From: Roseibacillus sp.
GTDB taxonomy: Bacteria; Verrucomicrobiota; Verrucomicrobiia; Verrucomicrobiales; Akkermansiaceae
DNA length: 64,000 nucleotides
Direction: 5' to 3'
Assembly (NCBI GenBank): GCA_051251855.1
Contig: JBPOGI010000004.1
Coordinates: 352,001 to 416,000, forward strand
Both the position numbers and the translations under genes were made by a program. Below are positions 9,998 through 20,328 of this stretch, one piece after another. Below the pieces are notes generated by a model that worked only from the letters and a program-made list of their open reading frames with translations, did not search any database and had not been told where the DNA came from. How positions within the stretch are numbered: position 1 is the stretch's first letter; the number at the start of each line of letters is the position of its first letter.

Positions 9998-11269
9998 ATG
10001 CCGACTTTGTTCAATAACGGCGTCAAAAAACACGGAGACTCTCCGTGCAGAAAGGCGTCCTCGGGCAACCCAGCCAATCATGGCTTGGGACGCGAGAACA
10101 ACTTTGACCTCCTTCGTCTTCTTGCAGCCTTGCAGGTAGTCATTGCTCATGCCGTGCACCACAGCGGTCTCTACCACGGCCTAGAGGGAAGGACTTCGAC
10201 CGCATTCGAAGCTTTCATTCTCATTCCCGCTGTTCCCATCTTCTTCGTAATTAGCGGATTCTTGATCAACGCCTCCTTTGAACGTGCACCGAATAATCTC
10301 CGAGGTTACTTCTGGCGACGAGCACTTCGTATTTTTCCTGCCCTTTGGCTCGCCGTTCTTCTCGGAATCGGAACCGTCGCATGGGGTGGCTACTTACAGC
10401 GAGAATTCGTATCGTCCTCGACCTTCCTTACCTGGCTCATCTCACAGACGACTATCTTTCAGTTCTGGAACCCTGAGCACTTCCGTGGCTTTGGCATGGG
10501 AGTGGTCAATGCCGCGCTTTGGACCATTTCTGTCGAACTCCAGTATTACCTCTTTGTCCCCATCGCCTACTTTGTGAGTAAGTGGCTTAAACGCTTTAAA
10601 CATGGCCGCGCCACCTTAGAGCTTTCGCTCTTTGCAATCTCACTGGGCGCTCACCTATTCATGCGTTCGGGCATCAATTCTAGTGGTGATTTTGCTTCGG
10701 CTTCCATTGTGGTCAAAGCCCTCCACATGACCTTGCTTCCCCATCTCTGGATGTTTCTCTGTGGCGTCTTCCTCTATCGAAATTTGGAGGCTTTGAAAAA
10801 GGTGCTCGCGGGGAACTTCCTCAAGTGGGCAGTTGCTTGGGCCGCCATTGTGTTCGTCGGCGAATACCTTCTAGGCGACACCACCGCTGGAGGCACCGTT
10901 CTGTATGTTCTCAGCCGCCTCATACTCGCCTGCGCCACCATCTCTTTCGCCTACACCCTGCCTCGCCTTTCGGGCCAGTTCCTCAAAGGGAACGACATCT
11001 CGTACGGCATCTACATCTTCCATTGTCTCATCATCAACGTACTGATGGAGCTCGGTTACTTCAAGACCCTCGCTACCGTTCCCTTCGTTGTTGTCATTGC
11101 TGTTCTTCTGGGATTCTTGAGTTGGCGCTTCCTCGAAAAGCCTATTCTTCGATTTAAGGACTGGCCTCCCATGAACCCAGGCGGCGGAAGCCGAAGAGCC
11201 ACCAAGACACAACCTCTCCCCTCCGCGCCACCCCTCGTCGCGCGCTCGGAGTCCTTTTTCTCCAAGTAA
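9998..11269 (+). CDS. Acyltransferase family 3 (OafA-like O-acyltransferase); start uncertain
   Basis: NNFDLLRLLAA, FFVISGFLI, RRALRIFP, LWTISVELQYY, ISYGIYIFH, LEKP motifs. Confidence 0.93.
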   Translation: MPTLFNNGVKKHGDSPCRKASSGNPANHGLGRENNFDLLRLLAALQVVIAHAVHHSGLYHGLEGRTSTAFEAFILIPAVPIFFVISGFLINASFERAPNNLRGYFWRRALRIFPALWLAVLLGIGTVAWGGYLQREFVSSSTFLTWLISQTTIFQFWNPEHFRGFGMGVVNAALWTISVELQYYLFVPIAYFVSKWLKRFKHGRATLELSLFAISLGAHLFMRSGINSSGDFASASIVVKALHMTLLPHLWMFLCGVFLYRNLEALKKVLAGNFLKWAVAWAAIVFVGEYLLGDTTAGGTVLYVLSRLILACATISFAYTLPRLSGQFLKGNDISYGIYIFHCLIINVLMELGYFKTLATVPFVVVIAVLLGFLSWRFLEKPILRFKDWPPMNPGGGSRRATKTQPLPSAPPLVARSESFFSK

Positions 11270-11275
11270 GTTCCT

Positions 11276-14200
11276 CTACCTCACTCGGGCAAAGAGCCGA
11301 GGCAGCTCCCTCCAAGCTGTCCAAGACAGCTCAAAACGAGCCCGAATGTCTCGCAACATCAGCAACAACATCGGCAGGAGTAAAAGGGTAATCATGGTCG
11401 CAAACAAAACGCCAAACCCAACCGAGACCGCCATCGGCTTGAGAAACTGTGCCTGCACCGAGGTCTCGAAAAGCAACGGAATCAAGCCCACAAACGTTGT
11501 CAGAGTCGTGAGCAAAATTGCCCGAAAACGCTCTCGCCCTGCGCGCACAATATTTTCAGCATAGCTTGTCTCGGGAAAGGCGGCCGCCAGCTCGTTCACT
11601 CGGAACGTCAGCACCAAAGAGTCATTCACCACGATTCCACTCAAGGCAAGTATACCGAAGACCGAGAGAATCGAGACTGGAATCCCAATAATAAAGTGGC
11701 CCAACAAAGCTCCAATAATCCCAAAAGGAATCACCGACATAATCACCAAGGGACGGACATAAGACTTCAGCGGAATCGCCAGCAGAATATAAATCAAAAT
11801 CGCTGAGAACATGAACCCCCTCCCCAAAGAGGCCATCGACTTAGCGCGCTGCTCCGCCTCCCCTTCTAAACTGATGGAAACATCAGGATGCTCAGTCAGG
11901 AACCCTGGAAAATAGTCCTCACTCAAAAGCGAAAGCACTTCTTCTCCCGAAGTCAGCGACTTGTCCACCTCAGCCTTCACCGAGACGATCCGATTGAAGT
12001 CATATCGCTCAATGGACGCCAACGACTCCCCATAACGGGTATCAGCAACCAGCGAAAAAGGAATCGCCGTGCCAGAAGCATCTCGCACCCTCATTTCCCG
12101 CAATGTCTCCAAACTCTCACGCTCCTTAATAGGATAGCGCACCATCACCTTAACCTCATCTCGCCCTCGTTGAACCCGCTGCGATTCGATTCCGAAGAAG
12201 GCACTGCGCACCCCCTGTGCGAGGTCCTGCTTCGTAAATCCAGCCGCCTGCCCCGTGGGAGAAACCGCCACCTCAATCTCAGGCTTCCCTGAATCGAAAG
12301 TATCCGAGATATCGTAGACTCCCTGATAGGTCGCCACCTGAGCCTTCAAAGCCGTGGCCGCCTCTTGCAGCGCCTCGAGATTCTGAGAAACGAGTTGAAT
12401 CTCCAACCCTCGCCCCGGAGGCCCCGCCGTCCCCGAAAAAGTGACCGCTTTCGAACCCGGGATGGGCCGCATCTTTTTACGCCACGCCTTGACCACATCC
12501 GCAGTAGAAATCGACCGCGCCTCAGACACCGTCAGTTCAGCGGCAATAGACGCCTTGGTATTGCTCGAAGCATTGATCGAAAGGTGAGTCAAAATCTCAT
12601 CTCCCGACTCCTCTTCCAACTCCGCCACAGCGTCACGAAGTGCTTCCGCAATCGCCTCCGCATTTTCATGGAGGTAGCTCACCGGCAGACCTTGCTCCAA
12701 CTCAAGGTTCGCCGAAATTGAATCGCGAAAAATGTCGGGAAAGAAGACGAAGCGCAGCTTCCCCGAAGGAATCAAGCCCACCACAATCACAAGGACCGCC
12801 ACAAATCCTCCGAGGGTGAGATAACGGTAAGGAATCAGAAACCGCAGAATAGGCTGGTAAACTTTCCGCGTGAACCAGTCCAAGGACCCAATCACCGCCC
12901 CCTGCACCTTCCCCCAAATCCTAGCCAGAAAGAAGCGTGGCTTCTTGTTCACCTTAATATGCGCCAAATGCGAAGGCAGAATAATTTTTGATTCCACCAA
13001 TGAGAAGATCAGGCAAAAAATGACCGCGGTAGCAATTTGGCCAAAGACATTTCCCAACCGCCCAGAAACCCCAGTGAGAGGATAAAACGCCGCAATCGTA
13101 GTCAGCACTCCAAAGGCAGCCGGCACAAAGACCCGAGAAACGCCTCGCACCGTCGTTTTGATTTCATCTTCATCGGGATCGTCTTCCTTGGAAGAATAGA
13201 TCGACTCCGCAATCACGATGGCGTCATCAACGATAATCCCTAACACCACAATAAACGCAAAGGCAGTCAACTGGTTCAGCGAGATATCAAAAACAGGAAA
13301 CAGAGAAAGCGCCCCCGCAATCGAAATCGGTATCCCAAGCGCCACCCAAAAAGCGAGCCGTAGATTCAGAAAGAAAGCCAAAACCAAAAGCACCAAAAGC
13401 ATTCCTGTGAGCCCATTCTTGGCCAGTAACCCTAATCGCGCTCGAATCGGGGTCGCCCCATCATCCCAGCTCGTCAGACGAACTCCCTCAGCCAGATCGA
13501 CTGTCTCAGGATAGCCTGCAATAAAGGCCGCCACCATATCCGCAGTCTTTATGATATCCCCTTCTCCCGTGGTCTGTACTTCCAGTCCCACCGCAGGCTC
13601 TCCGTTGAAGCGGGCCAAAATCTCCTGGTCAACGAAGGCATCACGCACCTCCGCCACATCCCTCACGTAGAGCCGCACCCCGTCTGCATTCGTTCGTAAC
13701 GGCAGTTTTTCAAAGTCCTCAGCCACATAGGCCTGTGACCGCGAGCGCACTGCAATCTCTCCCCGTTCACTGCGCACCACCCCTCCCGAAAGGTCCAACG
13801 AGTTACCCGTAACCGCATTAGCTACTTCTTGAAAAGTCAGGTTGTAGAGCCTCAGTTTTTCCTCCGAGATCTCAATGGAGACTTCATACTCGCGCGTGCC
13901 ACTGGTCTCAATCAAAGAAACCCCCTCCAGCTTGAACAACTCATCCCGCAATTCTCGCGCCGTCTCTTTCAACACCGCATCCGGCACCTCTCCATGGACA
14001 TGCACCCGCAGAATCGTATTCAGCCTCTCATTCTCGGTCACCACCGGCTTCTCCGCCTGCTCAGGGAACGACGGAATCGCATCCACCTGAATTTTCACAT
14101 CATCAAGCAGCTTCTTCAGCGGGTAGTTCTCTTTCGACTCCACCGTAATCACCGCCGAGGACTCAGTCGACACACTGGAGATATGATCAATCCCCTTTAC

Positions 14201-14437
14201 GTCCACGAGAGCCTCTTCGATCTTGATCGCAACTCCGCGTTCAACATCCTCAGGTGTTCCCCCTCGGAAGGGCACCGTGATGGTCACACTCTCCGCATCG
14301 AAAGAAGGGAAAGCCTCCTTCCTCATTCGAAGCAGAGTAAAAACACCCCACGCCAAAATCGAAATCATCAAAATATTCGCAACCACTGGGTTGGAGGCAA
14401 ACCAAGTGATAATGGGATGTCTTGAGGTCGAGTCCAT
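11276..14437 (-). CDS. RND efflux transporter permease subunit (AcrB/AcrD/AcrF family)
   Basis: 1053 aa; GIIVDDAIVIAE, GIVVNDSLV, RFRAILLTTLTT motifs. Confidence 0.95.
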   Translation of the reverse strand: MDSTSRHPIITWFASNPVVANILMISILAWGVFTLLRMRKEAFPSFDAESVTITVPFRGGTPEDVERGVAIKIEEALVDVKGIDHISSVSTESSAVITVESKENYPLKKLLDDVKIQVDAIPSFPEQAEKPVVTENERLNTILRVHVHGEVPDAVLKETARELRDELFKLEGVSLIETSGTREYEVSIEISEEKLRLYNLTFQEVANAVTGNSLDLSGGVVRSERGEIAVRSRSQAYVAEDFEKLPLRTNADGVRLYVRDVAEVRDAFVDQEILARFNGEPAVGLEVQTTGEGDIIKTADMVAAFIAGYPETVDLAEGVRLTSWDDGATPIRARLGLLAKNGLTGMLLVLLVLAFFLNLRLAFWVALGIPISIAGALSLFPVFDISLNQLTAFAFIVVLGIIVDDAIVIAESIYSSKEDDPDEDEIKTTVRGVSRVFVPAAFGVLTTIAAFYPLTGVSGRLGNVFGQIATAVIFCLIFSLVESKIILPSHLAHIKVNKKPRFFLARIWGKVQGAVIGSLDWFTRKVYQPILRFLIPYRYLTLGGFVAVLVIVVGLIPSGKLRFVFFPDIFRDSISANLELEQGLPVSYLHENAEAIAEALRDAVAELEEESGDEILTHLSINASSNTKASIAAELTVSEARSISTADVVKAWRKKMRPIPGSKAVTFSGTAGPPGRGLEIQLVSQNLEALQEAATALKAQVATYQGVYDISDTFDSGKPEIEVAVSPTGQAAGFTKQDLAQGVRSAFFGIESQRVQRGRDEVKVMVRYPIKERESLETLREMRVRDASGTAIPFSLVADTRYGESLASIERYDFNRIVSVKAEVDKSLTSGEEVLSLLSEDYFPGFLTEHPDVSISLEGEAEQRAKSMASLGRGFMFSAILIYILLAIPLKSYVRPLVIMSVIPFGIIGALLGHFIIGIPVSILSVFGILALSGIVVNDSLVLTFRVNELAAAFPETSYAENIVRAGRERFRAILLTTLTTFVGLIPLLFETSVQAQFLKPMAVSVGFGVLFATMITLLLLPMLLLMLRDIRARFELSWTAWRELPRLFARVR

Positions 14438-14440
14438 AAA

Positions 14441-15640
14441 CTATTCAGGGGCGGTGGTCTTGGATGGTTTCTCAGCACTAAAAGGCTGTACTTTCTGACC
14501 TTCTTGAAAGGATGCCAGCGGTCGCATCGCGATTCGAAGCGGGTCCTCTCCAAGAGGATCTTCCAAGCCTACCAAGGTCAGTTCGTCACTTGAATAGAGA
14601 CGCTCAGCCTTTTGCCTCTGCAGCAGGTCCTCCTCATCGATGAGCCAGACAAACGAATCTTCCACCAAAGCCGTAGCAGGAATCTCGTAGCAATCAGTGA
14701 TGGGCTGCGCTGGAATTTCTAAATTTACAAATGCCCCTATCGGCAAAAATTTCTCTGGGTCCTCAAAGGGATTGTCAATCTGAGCAATCACGTAGATGAC
14801 CTGATTCTGAGGGTCCACCCCGGGCTCCGTCCGCACCAGACGAGCCATCCATTCCTGATTGGGTTGCGCTGGCGAAGTCACCATCGCTACCGGAGCCGAA
14901 TCTGTCGCCAACGAGCTTCCACTGGCCGGAATTTTAATAAGAGAGACTTGTTCGGGAGTCAAAGGCAACCGCACCTCAGCCTTATCACGCGAAATCAAAG
15001 TCCCTAAGGTGGACCCTACTGCAGCCACATTCCCCGGACTCGCACTTCGAGCCGTCACAATAGCATCGAAGGGAGCACGCACTTGAGTCCGCTCTAGATT
15101 GAGCCGCGCCTGCTGCAAAGCCGCCTCCGCTGAACTCACCATCGATTCCGCCGCCGCCAACTGAGGCTTGCGCAAGGTGAAATCCGGAGCTTTCACGAGG
15201 TCTCGCCCCGAAGCTACCCAATCCTCAGCCGCAATCGCCGAGCGCGTTTTCTCTTCTGCCAAAGTCTGCTTAGACTGCGTCAAAGAGGCTTCGCTTTGAG
15301 CAATAGCAGTCAGATAATCCGCGGCATCAATCTCTACCAAAAGGTCACCTCGGCGCACGGTGTTACCCGCATTAAAGCTGTTGCCCACCGTCTTGATTTC
15401 TCCTCCGACCTGAGCCGAGAGATTGGTTTCAAAGAAGCTCTGAGTATTTCCAAAAGTATGAATACTCGGCGACACTTCAGTTAATGCTCTTTCGATGTAT
15501 CCCGCCCTTGGAACAACAATGCGAGGCTTTTGAATTTCACGAGGTGGTTTGTCCGCAATCCACTTTTTCACGAGAAGAAAGGCCCCAGCAATGATGAGGG
15601 GCAAAAATAGAAGATTGAGAAATTGCTGCAGTCGAGTCAT
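14441..15640 (-). CDS. RND periplasmic adaptor (membrane fusion protein)
   Basis: N-terminal TM, lipoyl halves (LSAQVGGEI, LERTQVRAPFDA), between OMF and RND genes. Confidence 0.93.
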   Translation of the reverse strand: MTRLQQFLNLLFLPLIIAGAFLLVKKWIADKPPREIQKPRIVVPRAGYIERALTEVSPSIHTFGNTQSFFETNLSAQVGGEIKTVGNSFNAGNTVRRGDLLVEIDAADYLTAIAQSEASLTQSKQTLAEEKTRSAIAAEDWVASGRDLVKAPDFTLRKPQLAAAESMVSSAEAALQQARLNLERTQVRAPFDAIVTARSASPGNVAAVGSTLGTLISRDKAEVRLPLTPEQVSLIKIPASGSSLATDSAPVAMVTSPAQPNQEWMARLVRTEPGVDPQNQVIYVIAQIDNPFEDPEKFLPIGAFVNLEIPAQPITDCYEIPATALVEDSFVWLIDEEDLLQRQKAERLYSSDELTLVGLEDPLGEDPLRIAMRPLASFQEGQKVQPFSAEKPSKTTAPE

Positions 15641-15652
15641 GAGAAAAATCGG

Positions 15653-17029
15653 TTAAAAGGCCTTGCCCAGCGCCAGTGCCAATCCGACACGGTTGCTGTA
15701 ACGGCTAGCACGGACGGTAATAGTCTGCTGCTCAGTAAGAAACACACGTCGTTGAATCTCTAACAGCGAAAGCAAATCACTAACTCCGGTCTCGAAATCA
15801 CGGCGGGCTCGCGACTCAGCACTCTTGGCCGACTTCAGCGCCGTATCGCGCTCTTGCTGCTCGCGGCGTAGCCTGCCCTCGGCACTCAAAGCATTTTCCA
15901 CTTCCTGACAAGCCACCAACACCACCGCGCGATAACTTTGGTAAGCCTGCTTCGCTCTCGCGTTGGCCGCCCCCACTTCCGCTTGCCGAGCTCCCGCATC
16001 AAAAATCGGCCCCAAAAGCCCTGCTCCCAGCGACCACGTATTGGCGGAAGCCTTCGTCAAATTGATGAGCTGATTCGAGGAACGCCCCACTCCTGCAGTC
16101 AGAGAAAAGGACGGAAACAAGTCCGCATGAGCCACCGTCACTCGCGAGTCCGCTGCCCGAATCCGTTGATAAGCAGCATCAATATCAGGCCGATTGCGCA
16201 ACAGGCTCGCAGGCACCCCAGCCGGAACCGAACGCCTTAATGAGGGCCAGTTCCTCGCCCCCGCCAACTGCGCATCGGGATAGTCCCCCATCAAAACCTT
16301 CAGCGCACGCGCAGCCGTATCGCGGTCTTCCAAACGTTGCTGAATATCCGCCGCGGCATTGGTGGCGTCCGTGCGAGCCAATTCGAGCTCCGAAAGACTC
16401 GCTGTCCCTCTCTCGAACCGACGCTCAGTCAGAGCTACCGTCTTAGACAGACTGGCTGATTGCCTCTGAGCCAATTCGAGCAACTGGTTGCTCGCCACCA
16501 CATTGAACCAGGCCTGCATCGTCTGAGCCGCAATCGACTGCCTCGCCGATGCAAAATCCGCTGCAGCCGCTGCTTGGTCCGAAGAGGCCGCCGCAACCCC
16601 GCTGCGCAGACGCCCCCAAACATCCAATTCCCAAGAGGCATCCAACCCCAAGCTCCACACCGCCTGAGTCCCCGAAAACGAACCAACCGAACCGCTTCGA
16701 GTTCCTGATAATGAACCGTCAAGGGACGGAAACAGGGACGCGTGAGTCTGCTTCAAGTTGAAACCGGCTTCCTCCAACCGCGCGCCAGCTGCCGCAAGAT
16801 CAGGATTATTTTCTAACGCCCGCCGAGTGACAGCCTGAAGCTGAGAACTTCCAAACACGCCAAAAAGAGAACCACTCAGCTCTGGAGTCGGATACGAACT
16901 CGCATCGTAGCGAGCAGGCAAAGGCAATGCCCTCCCCGCCTGGGCCGAAGGACGCGACAAGGTGTGAACACACCCGCTCACGAAGAAAACGACGACACAA
17001 ATGATTGAAACTCTAATGAGCGGGAACAT
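15653..17029 (-). CDS. Outer membrane efflux lipoprotein (NodT/TolC family)
   Basis: Lipobox VSGC, ALENNPDL, SWELDVWGR, LLRNRPDI motifs. Confidence 0.93.
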   Translation of the reverse strand: MFPLIRVSIICVVVFFVSGCVHTLSRPSAQAGRALPLPARYDASSYPTPELSGSLFGVFGSSQLQAVTRRALENNPDLAAAGARLEEAGFNLKQTHASLFPSLDGSLSGTRSGSVGSFSGTQAVWSLGLDASWELDVWGRLRSGVAAASSDQAAAAADFASARQSIAAQTMQAWFNVVASNQLLELAQRQSASLSKTVALTERRFERGTASLSELELARTDATNAAADIQQRLEDRDTAARALKVLMGDYPDAQLAGARNWPSLRRSVPAGVPASLLRNRPDIDAAYQRIRAADSRVTVAHADLFPSFSLTAGVGRSSNQLINLTKASANTWSLGAGLLGPIFDAGARQAEVGAANARAKQAYQSYRAVVLVACQEVENALSAEGRLRREQQERDTALKSAKSAESRARRDFETGVSDLLSLLEIQRRVFLTEQQTITVRASRYSNRVGLALALGKAF

Positions 17030-17121
17030 GGGCGAAAAAAAGAGAAGCAGTTGGCTCACCAACCGGAACAAGGTCATTCTACTCGATTTCGAGAAAATCG
17101 ATAACCAATATTACCTCCTCT

Positions 17122-17325
17122 TTACAAACTGAAGATTCCCCACGCCAAAAACCCCAAGCCGATCATCAGCCAAAGGACCATTCCAAGCCAATAGAAGAAA
17201 GGCAGGTCCTTACGATTGACGCCCCACATATGGTCCACGGTGAGCAGTGGAATCTCAACTCGGCGCTTTCGCACCCCCGAAGTCACCGCGAGAAAGCAAA
17301 GCGCAGCCACCAGCATTCCAATCAT
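17122..17325 (-). CDS. Small hypothetical membrane protein
   Basis: Two hydrophobic segments; co-oriented upstream of the efflux operon; start uncertain. Confidence 0.5.
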   Translation of the reverse strand: MIGMLVAALCFLAVTSGVRKRRVEIPLLTVDHMWGVNRKDLPFFYWLGMVLWLMIGLGFLAWGIFSL

Positions 17326-17414
17326 AAAATTCCACACAAGCTGAGGAACAGCAGATCCTCATCCAAATGAAAATCCTGCGTGCTCTTCCTCGCACTCATG
17401 CTTAAAGTCCCGCC

Positions 17415-18587
17415 ATGATTTACCTCGATAACAACGCCACCACACCCGTCCATCCCGAGGTGCTGGAGGCGATGCTCCCCTTCCTCAAAGAACACTTTCA
17501 CAATCCCTCCTCCGGCTACCGAGCAGCAAAACCAGTCAAAGTCGCCCTCCAAACCGCACGCGAGCAAGTCGCTGCCCTCATCAACGCTCATCCTGACGAA
17601 ATCATTTTCACTTCCTGCGGAACCGAGTCCAACAACACCGCACTCAAGTCCCTCGCCCGCCTCATCGGGCGCAAACGCTCTCGCGTCATCACCTCCGCCA
17701 TCGAGCACTCAGCCGTCCTGCGCCCCATCGAAGCCATGGCCGCCGTCGGCTTCGAGACCCGCACTATCGGCGTCGACGAAAGCGGACGCTTCCTCCTCGA
17801 CGAGCTCTCTTCTCATCTCGAAAAAGACCTCCCCATCTTCGCCTCCCTAATGTGGTCTAACAACGAGACCGGCGTCACCCAGCCCATCGCCGAAGCCTGC
17901 GCTCTGCTTAAAGAAAGCGGTGCTGTCCTCCACACCGACGCTATCCAAGCCGTGAGCAAAGTCCCTGTCGACGTGCGCGAAGTCCCCGTCGACATGCTCT
18001 CCATCTCAGGCCACAAACTCTATGCCCCCAAGGGAGTCGGCGCCCTCTACCTCCGCAACGGATTCCGCCTCGAGCCCCTCCTCCGCGGTGGCGGCCAAGA
18101 ACAAACCCACCGCTCGGGCACCGAGAACGTACCCTACATCGTCGCCCTTGGCAAAGCTGCCGAAATCGCGATGAACTCTGAGCAAAGCCCCATCGCCACC
18201 TTGCGGAACCATCTCGAAACCCGCCTCACGTCCGAGATCCAAGGCGTGCACCTCAACGGCTCCCGCCAACATCGCTCGTCCAACATTTGCCACATCTCTT
18301 TCGACCAATGCGAAGGAGCCGGCCTCCTCATCCTGCTCGACGAAGCCGGGGTGCAAGTCTCCACTGGCTCCGCCTGCATGACCGGCAAGCAACAGCCTTC
18401 CCACGTACAAAAGGCCATGGGCTTCAGCGACGAACGCGCCAAGTCCTCCCTTCGCATCTCTCTCTCCCGCTTCACCACCCGCGAAGAAATCGACACCGCC
18501 GCCAACGCCATCATCAAGGCCGTCAAAAAGCTCCGCGCTATCCAATCCCCCCTCACTGGCCCCGTCCAAGTCTACAGCGAGAGCTAA
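17415..18587 (+). CDS. Cysteine desulfurase (IscS/NifS group I)
   Basis: IYLDNNATT, TSCGTESNN, SGHKLYAPKG (PLP lysine), STGSAC (catalytic Cys). Confidence 0.95.
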   Translation: MIYLDNNATTPVHPEVLEAMLPFLKEHFHNPSSGYRAAKPVKVALQTAREQVAALINAHPDEIIFTSCGTESNNTALKSLARLIGRKRSRVITSAIEHSAVLRPIEAMAAVGFETRTIGVDESGRFLLDELSSHLEKDLPIFASLMWSNNETGVTQPIAEACALLKESGAVLHTDAIQAVSKVPVDVREVPVDMLSISGHKLYAPKGVGALYLRNGFRLEPLLRGGGQEQTHRSGTENVPYIVALGKAAEIAMNSEQSPIATLRNHLETRLTSEIQGVHLNGSRQHRSSNICHISFDQCEGAGLLILLDEAGVQVSTGSACMTGKQQPSHVQKAMGFSDERAKSSLRISLSRFTTREEIDTAANAIIKAVKKLRAIQSPLTGPVQVYSES

Positions 18588-18638
18588 CGCCTGCCTCCTC
18601 ATTGACACCCTGCTCCAACAAACTCACAATCCTCTCCG

Positions 18639-19172
18639 ATGAAGTTCTTAGCTCTTTTCCCCCTTTTCCTATTCCTCGCCTCCTGTAGCACTCAAGTCGA
18701 ACAACCCACCATCACCAAACTCGACACTGCGAAATATGCCGGCCTCTGGCACGAAATCGGACGCCTTCCCAACCCTTTCGAGAAGAACGTCGTCGCTGCC
18801 ACCGCCACATACGGAGCTCTCCCCAACGGCAGCCTTTCAGTCAAAAATAACGGCCTCAAATCAAACGGCGAACGTACCGAAATCGAAGGAAGCGTCACCC
18901 AACCCGATCCCAAGCAACCCGGAAAACTAGTAGTCCGCTTCGACCGCTTCCCCGCCAGCCTCTTTGCAGGCGACTACTGGATTCTTGCTCTCAGCCAAGA
19001 CCACACCCGCGCCATGATTGGCTCTCCCAATCAAAAATACCTCTGGTTCCTTTCCAAGCGCGAAGGCTCTCAAAAGAACAACTTCGCCGACTTCCTCAAG
19101 ACCGCCGACAAACTCGGCTACAGCACCGCGGACGTCTATTGGAACCCAAAGAGACTATCAACCCACCCCTAA
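18639..19172 (+). CDS. blc: Bacterial lipocalin (Blc-like lipoprotein)
   Basis: Lipobox LASC; KYAGLWHEIGR, GDYWIL, KYLWFLS motifs. Confidence 0.88.
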   Translation: MKFLALFPLFLFLASCSTQVEQPTITKLDTAKYAGLWHEIGRLPNPFEKNVVAATATYGALPNGSLSVKNNGLKSNGERTEIEGSVTQPDPKQPGKLVVRFDRFPASLFAGDYWILALSQDHTRAMIGSPNQKYLWFLSKREGSQKNNFADFLKTADKLGYSTADVYWNPKRLSTHP

Positions 19173-19179
19173 CAATAGG

Positions 19180-19207
19180 GTAGGGCGTCGGCAGCCCTGC
19201 CGCGCCC
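19180..19207 (+). repeat. GTAG-type REP-like palindrome
   Basis: GTAG followed by imperfect palindrome GGCG.TC.GGCAG-CC-CTGCC.G.CGCC just after the lipocalin stop. Confidence 0.45.
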
Positions 19208-19324
19208 ATATCACTCCTTGAAAGGTCTCCAACCTTTCCGAATGGGAAATGAACTCGCTTCAACAATCGCATCGCCTGCTATTCTCCTTGCGAGAAGCCG
19301 CTCTTTTCTGTTTCCCTTCACAAT

Positions 19325-20302
19325 ATGAAGATTGTTGCCGCATTCCTTGTCTGCCTTGCATCCCAGTTGTTCGCAGAAGTCTCGCTTCCTGTTATCAAAG
19401 CCGCTAACGGAATCATCGAAAAGCTCACTGACGAGCAAAAAAAGTTAGCCCTCTTTGCTCTTGATGCCGACGAGCGCGAGAACTGGCACTACGTCCCCCT
19501 CGAGCGCCAAGGCATCCGTCTCGATGCGCTCAACGAAGAACAACAGCAAGCGGCCCACGAACTTCTTTCTCACTCCCTTTCAGCAGAAGGTCACACCACT
19601 GCCAAAGAGGTGATTCAATTGGAAAACATGCTCTACGAGCAAAGCGACAAATCCGAGTTCCGCAATCCCGGCAAATACACCGTCGCTATCTTTGGAACCC
19701 CATCGAAGGAAAAGCCTTGGGGCTGGCGTTTCGAGGGCCACCACCTCTCGCTCAACTTCACTGTCATTTCCGACAAAGTCACTCTCACCACCCCCTTCTT
19801 CTTCGGGACAAACCCCGCCGAAGTGCGCGAGGGCACCCTCAAAGGACTCCGTCCCCTCGGCACCATCGAAGATGCTGCGCGAAAACTCGCCCGCGCCATC
19901 CACGGCGAAGGTCAACACGTCCGCTTCACCAACGAGCCCCCTCGTGAAATCCTCACCGGACAGGACCGAACCGCAAAAACTCTCGCCAAAGAAGGCGTCC
20001 TCTTTTCCAATCTAAACGATGAGCATAAGAACGGCCTGCTCAACCTCGTCAAAACCATCGCCGCAAAGCAGCGCCCCGAATTCCTCTCCATCACCGCCGA
20101 AAAACTCACCGACGCCCAACTCGCATGGGCTGGCGAATTTGAAAAAGGAGAGCCCCACTACTTCCGCATCCAAACGTCTGACTTCCTTATCGAATACGCC
20201 AACACCCAGAACAAAGCCAATCACGCACACCTTGTCTGGCGCGACTTTAAAAACGACTTCGGCCGCGACCTCCTCAAGGAACACCTCGAGCACAGCCACT
20301 AG
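19325..20302 (+). CDS. DUF3500 domain protein
   Basis: Signal peptide; NWHYVP, WGWRFEGHHLSLN, HAHLVWRDFKNDFG motifs. Confidence 0.88.
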   Translation: MKIVAAFLVCLASQLFAEVSLPVIKAANGIIEKLTDEQKKLALFALDADERENWHYVPLERQGIRLDALNEEQQQAAHELLSHSLSAEGHTTAKEVIQLENMLYEQSDKSEFRNPGKYTVAIFGTPSKEKPWGWRFEGHHLSLNFTVISDKVTLTTPFFFGTNPAEVREGTLKGLRPLGTIEDAARKLARAIHGEGQHVRFTNEPPREILTGQDRTAKTLAKEGVLFSNLNDEHKNGLLNLVKTIAAKQRPEFLSITAEKLTDAQLAWAGEFEKGEPHYFRIQTSDFLIEYANTQNKANHAHLVWRDFKNDFGRDLLKEHLEHSH

Positions 20303-20304
20303 AA

Positions 20305-20322
20305 TTTGGAGCGCACTCCAAA
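20305..20322. terminator. Short palindrome between convergent genes (possible bidirectional terminator)
   Basis: TTTGGAG-CGCA-CTCCAAA perfect 7-bp stem. Confidence 0.4.
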
Positions 20323-20328
20323 ACAGAC

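Noticed and set aside
17322..17370. Possible frameshift extending the small membrane ORF (DEDLLFLSLCGI + MIGMLV)
   Set aside because: Only a T4 run suggests it; no homolog evidence available.
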